Source of the DNA: Balanoglossus misakiensis | Lineage: Eukaryota > Animalia > Hemichordata | Direction: 5' to 3' | Assembly (NCBI GenBank): GCA_040954595.2 | Contig: CM082596.2 | Coordinates: 3,837,025-3,901,024 of the forward strand | DNA: 64,000 nt | In this document: in pieces, positions 51,038 through 61,493 of the stretch | Numbering within the stretch: position 1 is the stretch's first letter | Layout: every line of letters starts with the position of its first letter | Program-made: the position numbers and the translations under genes | Notes under the pieces: generated by a model | What the model saw: the letters and a program-made list of their open reading frames with translations, nothing else | Database searches by the model: none | What the model was told of the DNA's origin: nothing

Positions 51038-52085
51038 ACGATCCTCGCTGAAATCACTGCCAAATGACATCCTTAGTTCAGTTGATACAATGCAAAGTTC
51101 TAAAGATGTAAAACTTTGTACTTGAGGAAGAAACATTATTTACTGTTGTTGGTTGATACAGCAAAATTGCAGTATGAATTTGTGACCAACGGAACAGTAC
51201 TGATAGGGTAGTAGGTGCTGGCACTGTGCTAGCCTGCCGTGACTAGCGTCTATACTGTCCTATGATGGCAGCCTTTTCACTTATGCCCAAGGGTGTGTTC
51301 TGTTCTTTGAATCCAGCAAAGTGGAATCAAAAGTTTATGTAAAAAGTGGATAGCATATAAATGGATCTTGATAAGGAAAAAAAAATCACAAAGTTACCAT
51401 TTTTGTTTAATGATGATTATATTCCAGTCTTCAGCATAAAGTTATAAAGAATATTCCGGCACAAAATAACAGGGTGAACACCACTGAAATATCTTCTCAA
51501 GGTCAAGATGATAAATGTTGTCTAAAGCTAAGTTAAGTGGTAAGGGTACAGAACGTGATTTTGAAATCCCTGTTTTGAAATGCGATGGGAGTTTGCAAGA
51601 GATTTACTTTTTTTTTTAGTTCACAAAATCGAACATGAAATTTACTCCTTAAAAATTCATTTCAGGGGAATTGTATAAAAAGAGAAACACTTAAACTGTG
51701 TTTGATTATTATTATTTGAATATATTAAACTACATACTTATGAAAAACATAATTTTGAACTGTTATCTTGATTTAAAGGTCTGTGTAAGTGGAAGGCATT
51801 GCACTCAATTGTCTAAGATCTGAATAACCAATACATTCAGTAACTAAGTCAAAGATATATGGGAAAAGATTTTGTGATATCAGGAATTTACTGTCTAATT
51901 TATGGAGCTTAAGCCATTTCACTGTAATTTCGCAAGCAAAGGAGGCGGAACTGACTGCTTACTCGCCGATAGGTCAGTCAGGATGATGGAAGAACAGTAC
52001 GTCAGCGCACTTCATTTGTTTACAATGGCTATAGTTAATTTTTAACTGTAAACACGTCCTGTGGATCAGTAGAGGCTATCTCAAA

Positions 52086-53498
52086 ATGGCGTCGCTCAGG
52101 ACAATAGTAGTGTCGTTACTCGTCTTCTTGATCTCTTGCCTTTCGATTGCGCTTTCCGAGACTCTTAGATGTAAAAAGACGGGGCCATGCTCTTGTTTGA
52201 TGTCGGATAATTCGGGAATAATTGACCTGGCAAGAACAGGGAACGCTGGGAACCCAGCTATCGATGCAAGGCGAGTATTACACTACCAGTGTATTTTGCA
52301 ATTGACAGAAATATTCGTGATTAAAAGTATGAGTTTCGATCCCCAAAGGACACTACAGTATCACTTGCTCTAGGGCATGGTATTATGTACATTTTAACTG
52401 TATTCTCATATAACCAAACTCCGTAGTTTTCAAGGACATCAAATCGGAGGCTTTGACACTGAGGGCGCACGTCAAAGTTGACCATTGACGGTGTCGTGAG
52501 AAACAGTGACCAGCGTTCGGGACAGAGAGGTTTTTTCATACGTGAATAAACTCACATTATTTCTCTGATGTAACAGGTATAAGGATGTCAAATCAAAAGA
52601 CGCCACGTCGTATTCCTTCAACCCTTGTTGGCCATTCGAAGAAGTTGGCTGTCACGGTGCGGCGGTGAGTTTTAAACGACTTTTGGCTAAGTATGCATAG
52701 ACATTGGAGGGGATGATGTATGCTATCGATTATCAGCCATGAATCGCTCAGTCAAATAGCATTTGTATAATGTCCGTTCTTTAGGACAATAAATTTATGA
52801 CTGACTGTCAATCTCTTCCACAGTTGTGCCAGCGAGTTCCAGATCGCCGTGCGGCAGTCTATTTTACGTTAGGCACACACGACACCGCTGATTTCGTCCA
52901 TAATGGCACACATGTCATCTTGAAATACGAGGGAAAAAGTGGCACCGGCCTTGCCATTCGGTAAGTTAACATAATAGTTTTCCTTTACCTAAACTTTGTA
53001 ATATTGATGAAAAGTTGTTCGTTTTCAAAACTCCAGTTTCTTTCACTGGTATTTGGACGTTCATGCGAAGTCCATCCAAGTGGTGAAAACTTCCACTTTG
53101 TTCGCGGATTGGTGGAATTGTTTAAATTCTCACAATCTGCCCGCATGTTTTATTTCAGAACATCGTGGATAACTCTTCTATGCAACCAGGAAAACGAGGA
53201 CACGATTTTCACTCCCTTGGGTGAAGATCCCTACACCAAACCGTTGCATTACGTAAGGAAATCAGTAAATTGTTTTAGCTAAGTATTCGATATTATGGTG
53301 CACATGGTGCTTGGTTAGAACATCATAGCATAGGGGGCAAGTCGAACATGAATTCTCCCTGAACTGAATGGAGTGTTTTATGACATTGACACAATCTTTT
53401 CCTCATTTTCTTCACAGTATTTTACCCTCAGAACACCCTGCGCCTGTCCAGGAAAATGCGTGGATCCTCCAGCCAAAGAAGATGGTAAGGAGGGTTGA
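52086..53498 (+). CDS. Secreted single MRH (mannose-6-phosphate receptor homology) domain protein
   Basis: Signal peptide followed by C...GPCSC...GIIDL, YSFNPCWPF, AALCQR, FTLG, ILKY, RTSWITLLC, LGE and YFTLRTPCAC (CD-MPR/ATG27-like). 5 exons; the first intron is GC-AG. The 3' end is uncertain: either the stop at 53498 or a splice to ~54057-54148. Confidence 0.8.
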
Positions 53499-54887
53499 CA
53501 TACATTATGCGCGCACAGCTAAGTGCCCGAGGCTGGCCAATTCTCTCGAAGATTTGGGTGCACTATGGATTAACATTCTGCGACTTTATGATACATTGAC
53601 AATGTCTCTTCAATAAGGATGTAGCGAAACAAATTTCCATAAGGAATTTTTACAGACGAGGTTATTTTTCTGCAAAAGTCATGTATTTCACAATAAAAAT
53701 AAGTAACATTTTCCACGTTCCTGCGTTTCTATTGGAATGCCTGGAAGCATCTGTCTATATATTGTATAGCTGTACTAGTTTGATAAACAAACTAACGAAC
53801 ATAGAGGAAGGCAGACAAACGACCAAGTAAATAAATTGACCGAACAAATCCATGGTAGAAAAGTTGTGCGACGTCATGCATCTATTGACGTACGCGCACG
53901 AACAGACAAATGAAATGAACAAATACAAGTCCATAAACAACACGCAAACAAACAGACTGCCCCAATGCATGATAGAAGGATTGCACGACATCTTTTCGAC
54001 GTACGTATATCCACCTTACTATGGAAAGGAGAATCTCCTGCATCTTTTGCAAACAGATGTTGAACTCTTTGGTATAAAATTGTGTGCGTCGTCGCGATTC
54101 TGTGCACATTCTACGTGTACAACACTGTGCACATGGCGTAGTTTCTGAACACCATCCGAGATCCCACAACTGCCGTTGAAGATGTAAGTAGCCTAGATAC
54201 TTCTTATTACCGCTATTAATAATAAATCTATGATCAGAGTTCGATTGTAGACATGGGCTTACGACAGAGATTGCAAAAATACCATAGGCAAGGGCCTGAT
54301 AGCGCAAAAGTAGGCCTAACTTAGGTGTGCGGCTTACTAGTACGTTTGAACGAGAGGGTGGCCCGCGCGCGAAAATATAACTTTACATTTTCTCAGTGTC
54401 GCGCTCTGCTTTCAATAAATCAAATCGATTTCGCATACAAAACATGGGTAGATCAAGTATTATAACTACCGTATCCGTTCATAAAGAAGTGAGAAATTAT
54501 TCTGAAACGTCTTGCAAAAGGTTGCATGCACGCAAGTAACCTTTTGACCGCCATGTGAGATTGCGACCAAGGCGACGCGCAAACGCGCGCGCGCGACGCT
54601 CTCTCTGAAACGCGCTCCTCCCCCAGACAAACACGCGTGAATAGGAACATGATATTAGGGGTTGTTTTAAGTCTAAACTAATATTTTAAGGGTTTCAAAC
54701 AACTTCGACGACAATAAAGTACTTGTCGCATATTAGCGACAAACACTTTCACGTCCTCCCGCGTACGAATGGTTGCGCCTACTTATGAGGTCTTGTGATC
54801 ATGCGTAAATGTGTTGTGAAACACGGTCTTATGACAAGTACGTGACCCGTACATATCCTTAACTTAAACTGCGTTAATGCAGTGAAA

Positions 54888-56602
54888 ATGGCGACTAGGT
54901 CTGGCGATCCGTCGCAGTATCCGACAGCTCAGGTACATGCGATACCCAGAGAAAAAGTTAGCGTTTTATTGGCATATATTTTAGCCGTGCCGTTAGGCTG
55001 GAGTGGGTTGCACCACTTTTATCTCCGACGACCGGGCTTCGGGATTCTGTATCTGTGCACGTTCGGGCTTCTGGGCATCGGTTGGATTTTCGACTGGTTT
55101 CGGATACCTTGCCTCGTCAGAGACGCCAACTTGAAAATCCAACACGAACACAATCCAAGTTTCTTTCCAGTGATAAGGAAGAAACGCCTGGACGATGCTT
55201 ACATTTTGGCCATACCGTTTGGCATATTAGGTGAGTTCCATTTCATTTTGTTGTGGTTTAAAGTACGCATGCGCTGTGAAATAGAAACCGAGGTCAGACA
55301 GGGGCCACTTATTACATGTTGCAATGTCATTCCAAATTTAACAAATATGACATGAATTTCGACATATGAACTTGTTAAAATTAATCGTACATTATTGTAG
55401 ATTTACGTGGCAGTGTTAATAAACTGAATAGTTGTACTTTCGCTTACTACTTTTGAGGTCTCCCCCCTTGTACTTTGCAATTAATCAGGTGTTTTCTTTT
55501 ATCATCCACAGGTTTTCACCATTATTATTTGGACAGATATGCATGGGGACTTGCATATACGTTCACCTTGGGGTTCCTTGGTATTGGCTGGGTGATTGAC
55601 CTCCTTCGCATGCCGTGCCTGGTGTCAATGGTCAATGAAGACATTCAGCGCCGGTACCAAGACACAGAGTACAGGAAGCCACTGAAGTCTACCTGTGATG
55701 CGTATATACTGGGGATACCACTTGGGTTTCTTGGCATGCATCACTTTTACCTGGACCGTGTTGGTTTCGGCCTGCTCTATCTGTTCACTCTGGGTCTGTT
55801 GGGATTCGGTTGGGTTATTGATCTCCTGCGCATGCCGTGTCTGGTGATGGACACTAACCGGCGGATAAAGAAACCTGACCCAAGGAAAAGCCTGTGCGAT
55901 GCCTATGTTCTGTGGTTTCCCTTTGGCATCCTTGGCTTTCATCACTTCTATCTGAACCGCGGAGGCTGGGGACTGCTGTATTTCTTCACCTTGGGTATTT
56001 TCGGCATTGGATGGCTGATTGATCTCTGCCGCATGCCCTCTCTGGTCAGGGAGGCGAACGACGAGATGATGAGAACCTACGTCGCGACTGATGGAGGCGC
56101 CCACACGGTGGCGAATGTCACCACGACGACAGAGTACCGGTACCCCGATCAGAGTTACCAGTATAGAGAAAATCTGCCGTATCCCCAAGAACAGCCCACT
56201 TACCCACCACAACCTAGCCAATACCCACAGCAACCTCCGTATCCACAGCAACCACCGTATCCACAACAACCACCGTATCCCCAGCAACCATACCCTCCAC
56301 AACAGCCACCGTATCAACAGCAGCCCGGTAACTATGGCAGCACGGCTTCCGGGTACCCAGTGCAGCCTCAGCAAGGTGCTGGGTATTATCCTGCTCAGGC
56401 CCAGCAACCCCAGATGCCACCACCACCACAACCTGGATTCATTGATGTACCCCCACCGTACACTGAATTCCCGGAAAGCGGTCACACCTCGACCGGGGCA
56501 ACCGGATCAACGCAAGCCTTAGGGGAAAAACAAAACCTCCCTCCTACAGACTCAGATGCACCTCCCTCAAGACCCTCTGCTCCACCTGCACCCCCACCAT
56601 GA
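54888..56602 (+). CDS. Protein with four tandem TM2 domains and a Pro/Gln/Tyr-rich cytoplasmic tail, 2 exons
   Basis: Four copies of AY(I/V)L..P(L/F)G..G.HH(F/Y)YL.R...G.(L/A)Y..T.G..G.GW..D..R.P.LV. Exons 54888-55230 and 55512-56602. Confidence 0.88.
56190..56322 (+). repeat. Coding 18-nt tandem repeat (QQPPYP)n
   Basis: cagcaaccaccgtatcca-type units lie in the tail of the TM2 gene. Confidence 0.85.
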
Positions 56603-57650
56603 ATCAGCACCATCATCAAAGACATGTCACAGATATTCAGTTGAAGTTATGGCAACATATTTCAAATCAAAAAGTTGGTATTCTTAGTTACCAGCATTAG
56701 GAAGTGCACAGTATACACATGTCTAACCTTCCTGAAACTTTACACTGAAGATTGTTTATGTAGCTACCAGTAATAAAAATATGTATATGTAAATAAAAGA
56801 TTTTAGTTGGCACAGATGGAATCAGTATTCGAAGTTTTACAAATGAAATGACAATTTTACTGCGAACAATTCACATTTTAAATACTAATATTCTTATAAC
56901 TTAATAAATGTAATGTGTAAATAGATGATTTACCACTCATTGTGAGTTCTCACGAGATCTCGCGAGATTGTTAACCAAATCAACAGATTGGCAACCAAGT
57001 AATACTATCTACATTTTGTAATAGGTGCAGAGTTATAAACAGTGGTTTTACTAAAATTCTTCCTTGAACGTTTAATTCATGTTCTCTTATGCATTATGAC
57101 TTAAAGATCATGTATCAAACACAGTGTTGGTAAACTTTAGAGGTTCTGGAATTTTGTTGTACGTCCAGAAATTAAATAAAGAAATAGCTTCCAAGAATCG
57201 TTAAAGATAAGCCTTGTATGCATTTGAAGTAACACCTAGAAAGGGCGGTAGAATATCCATGTTTGTGGCGGACAGGGGGTTAAAGGCACACCTTCATCAG
57301 CTTTATCTAAATGCCGATTTTTAGGATGACTGGTGTTGGGAGAATGGAAAGCAACTGTCCCAATGACATTTCTGCCTGCACTAATTTGCCCATATTTGTA
57401 TGGCTATATATACACAGGGGTTGTTCTTGTGTTTTTTGCTGTGTTCAGTGAAAGTTTCACATGGAAAATAAACAGAGAGAAACTGACAATAAATTCAGGT
57501 TGCAGTAACATTTATTGCTAGATAAAGTCTGTGGTACGTACCACTGGAAAAAGTCGGAGAAATATGAACATGCACCCCACCACCAAGAGTCTGAAACATG
57601 GCTGTTTGAAATTTTCAACTTCGTTCAAATAAAGAGCGTTTCGTCGTTCT

Positions 57651-58025
57651 TCAAGCAATGGTGCAGCATTCGCATTTGTAGCCCGACACGATGTCGTTCC
57701 AGTTACCACCGGGGCGAGAAGTTGCCGTGAAGTCGTCGTTGATTCCAGGGCCGGAAATCTTCAGCTGGTCACCTTCATAGTCGACGTGCTGATACATGAC
57801 AATCTTGCAGCCGGTGGCGACCCGGGCAGACGACAGGAGGTCGAAAAATGCCCCGTCGTGCATATTAGCGTTGTACTCTCCCGGTTTGCCGATGGTCAGA
57901 GCCGAGCCTTCACAAAATGTGTGCTCGTACAGCACAGCACAGAAGTTTTGCTCACCACTGACGCTGTCGCATGCGGCATTCGCATACCCGATAAGTGCTG
58001 CTGCTAAGATGATGATGGAGTACAT
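57651..58025 (-). CDS. Secreted single-domain beta/gamma-crystallin-fold protein, syncollin-like
   Basis: Signal peptide MYSIIILAAALIGYANA, then CAVLYEHTFCEG...DLLSSARVATGCKIVMYQHVDYEG...GNWNDIVSGYKCEC. This gives two Greek-key motifs and a Cys pattern like syncollin (CAKLY..SSLVV..C.L...W.N.IS..YCRC). A splice acceptor sits just upstream of the ATG. Confidence 0.82.
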   Translation of the reverse strand: MYSIIILAAALIGYANAACDSVSGEQNFCAVLYEHTFCEGSALTIGKPGEYNANMHDGAFFDLLSSARVATGCKIVMYQHVDYEGDQLKISGPGINDDFTATSRPGGNWNDIVSGYKCECCTIA

Positions 58026-60323
58026 TTTTGTCGTTGAAGTCCTACAATATGAGAACACAAAAAGAGGAACATTTGAAACTTAATATCGCAGCCAGTTATA
58101 GTTAATACATAATGCTAAATCGAAAAAAAAGTTGACAACTGCAAATAAAGCAACATCGTTTTCCAAGCTAAGAATCTAGGATCGTCCGATTGGCCAGAAT
58201 AAAATGTTCATTTTGCTGGCAATCGCTAACTTGAATATTCAACCCAAACCGCTTATGAATTGTTAACAACAGGTATATGGTACATCATGTATAGAGATTT
58301 CAATGATTTTAGGTATAGGCCTACCTCAAATATTTTGGTCAAGAAATCGACTACTATTTCATCGATATCTGCAATGTGGAAACTACAACAAAAACAGCAA
58401 AACTTACCTACGTCTGTCTTCGGAATCAAACACTGGATCAGGATGCTGGGCTTGGATGCTGTCAGCGACTTGCAGAGTTGTGTGAAAATTGGTGTATCGC
58501 ATCCTCTTATTTAAGGAATTACAATCATATCTAATTTACATAATGCCCATATATGATTTTAAAAACTGTCGAAATCTCTATTACATATATCCATGTATGG
58601 TTTGTGGAATCTACATAAACCCCATGTATGGTTCCAGAAGGCGTAACGAAGTCTTTGAATGATCAGCAAGAATCCTGTGATCATCCACCCACGCAAGTTT
58701 TTTTTAATCCAGTGATAGATGGAGCATACCGACCCCACTGTATACAGAATTTGGTGACTTCAAGGGTGGGGGTGAGAACCCCCTCCCCCCTCGGGATGGG
58801 TGGAACCGTCATAAACGGTTAGCTCTAATATTAGACCAAACAGGGCAGTGTTTCGATATTCATATCACCAGAAACCAATTTATTTGTGTGCGTGTCCACT
58901 CAGCATATGGTTTGAAAAAAACCCCACGGGCTTTCGCGTACAATTCGCAACGATCGACGATTGTGTACAATATACAGATGTGACATCAAGACATGACAAA
59001 ATGAAAAAAGGCGATTTAAGTGGTATTCCAAGTACCCTATCAAATTAATGTTGTTGTTGTTGTTGTGGGTTTTATCTCGGTGGTTTTCCAAAATATTTTG
59101 CTATACCATGGAATTACCACAATTGAATTGCCCTGTATACTCCCCCCCAAAAAAAAAAACCCCGACATGAACACCCCCTCCCCCAGATTAACTAGAATCG
59201 AGAGGGTAGGGGAGAGGGAGGAGAGAGAGTATGATTCGATCGGTCGTGTCGTACGAGCGTTCTTTGATGAACACCCCTGATGTTACTTTTTCACCAATGG
59301 AAATATCACATCCCATCAAAGCCGTCTACTGGTCGCGCATTCTAATTGTTACGTACTATACATGTAGAGGTCTATTTATCATGAAATGAAAGTTGATGAT
59401 TTAAAATATTAAGTTTTCATCGTATGGATGTTTTGGAAAATCGAAGTGATAGACAGTTCGATCTAGTCTGGCGTGGTGGCATAGTGTTTTCTTTGTATCA
59501 CCTTTTGCGAAAATTTCAAGAAAATGACAATATCGTAACACCGTTTTCTCTACATTCTACTAACATAAAAGGCTATGGAATGTGATATCCGCAAACTGCA
59601 TCTGAGTAGCCTTCTACCTTAATCAATAGCGGGTGTAAGATCACCGAAGGTTGATCAGCGTGCACGTGGCGGCGACTATAAAGGTCAGTGACACGAACTC
59701 AGTCGTCTTATCGAGGGTCCCGCGATTGATATAAAACGCAACAAAAAGGAAGGTAAACAATTTGCTAAACACTAAATATGGACCTTTTTTCTCGCCATGA
59801 GTACCCGCAAAAAAAACACTTTTAATTCAAAAACTTAATTGCGTTTATACGGCTGTTATTTTTAGCCTTCGTACGTGTCTACCACGTTGGCAAAAAAGAA
59901 ACGAACAAAAAATTGAGAAAGAAAAGTGTGTATTCCGGCCTAATGCCTAACCCAACCTTTCCAATCGGTTCCTCCCCGGCTTTCTCGCAAGCCGAATCAA
60001 AGATGTCTTGAAAAGTTCAGCTTCTTTACTGCAACAGTCCAAACTTTTATTAACACGCCTCTCCAGCTCCCCATTCCGTAACCCGAGCACGTCGGCACTA
60101 TTAATAAATTTCACTTTTGGGTCATAGACACACGACTGTTACCAGTTATATAGGCTACTAGCTCTAGTTTGGCGGTCAATGCAAAATAGTGACATCGACG
60201 ATTGTACCAGTTCGTGTAAATTATTTTCTCTACTAAATAAAACATGATCATTAAGTACCATTTTATCAGTGGGTTTTTTTTCACGGTTTTATTATTGTAT
60301 TTTATGAGCTTGGTTTTATGTAC

Positions 60324-60392
60324 TGTAAAGCGGTTTGATGTTTTTATTGATGGAAATCGCTGTATAAAAATATTATTATTATTATTATCATT
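60324..60392 (+). mobile_element. 3' tail of an L2/CR1-type LINE or dependent SINE
   Basis: tgtaaagcggtttga...aaatcgctgtataaaaa followed by (TTA)n matches the stem-loop plus microsatellite tail typical of L2-clade 3' ends. Confidence 0.5.
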
Positions 60393-60954
60393 AAGTTGTC
60401 GGTTGCCTAAATAATGATAAACTTAGTTAGGATAAAGCGATGCTATTTACACTGGCAGAGTCCGATAGAAAACTAAGGGGCGAGGATAACTTTGCTTATT
60501 TATCTCTGTAATATACTAGTATAGGGCCTATCAGTGTGAATAATTCGTGAAAAGCACTAGGACCCCACACCCCGACAAGTGACAACAGAACTAACAAATA
60601 AACAAAACAAACACTCAACGGAATGAACAAACAAACTAATTAATTAATATTTTAATCAATCAATTAATTAACGTATACCGTCGTTCCTTACAAAGTAGCC
60701 TACGCTAACAAGTCTCTCCAGGGGCCGGGATCGGGAGACCCGTGGCTCATCCTATTCTCGTAAATCATTTTTTTTGGGGGGGGGGGCAGTATCCAATTTT
60801 TGTCGACAGATTGAAAACCGCGGACGTAATGATGCTTGCGATGCAAAACATATTTAGATGCTGTTTAATTTTTTATTACCTCGCAATATGTATTTTTGCA
60901 CCCCGGGAATAGGCCGACCAGCAACAAAATATACAACGTTCCAAATCGGAGTGT

Positions 60955-61053
60955 CTATTGACACGCGCGTGTCAATAGCCAGTGCTTGTCGGGCCGGCTA
61001 TTGACACGCGCGTGTCAATAGCCAGTGCATAGGGGGCCGGCTATTGACACGCG
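60955..61053. repeat. 43-bp tandem repeat (2.3 units) built on the perfect palindrome (GG)CTATTGACACGCGCGTGTCAATAG(CC)
   Basis: Units start at 60955, 60998 and 61041 (partial). Unit 2 contains a 28-bp perfect palindrome. Confidence 0.92.
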
Positions 61054-61493
61054 GGGACTTTAATATTCTCAAATTATTGCCGATTTTTGAAAACCAAAGC
61101 ACATTTCACATAGTCCATTAAATGATTCGTCTTTTCTTCCCCGAAAATCAGATGAAACGAAGTGCAAAATTCCGAAAGTCAAAGCGTATGTCATAGTTCT
61201 TCTACCCGTTCTACGTCTTGGAAATAACAGTGAGGTTTGCAGTTTCATAAACATGTCCTTGTTCATCAAAAACAAACTTCGATTTAGATGTTGTTATTTG
61301 TATTAGTTTTAATAAAAAAAGTCATGAATAGCTTGCTTGCTATAACGGAAGTTGGAGACATTTGTGGAGCAAACAGACAACGAACAAGCGACGGTGGGTT
61401 CCTGGATCGAATTTCATCGGTATACTTCCGGGTTTGTTAATATATCGAGTTATTAAAGAAAATTGGCTCCGTTTTTCGCCGATCTGTGCCAAC

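Noticed and set aside
55625-56485. 286-aa - strand ORF with Trp/Leu/Arg repeats
   Set aside because: Antisense of the QQPPYP repeat and the TM2 exon.
60955-61053. CRISPR-like appearance of the palindromic repeats
   Set aside because: The context is eukaryotic, there are only 2.3 units, the linkers are ~15 nt and mostly identical (no unique spacers), and no cas genes are present.
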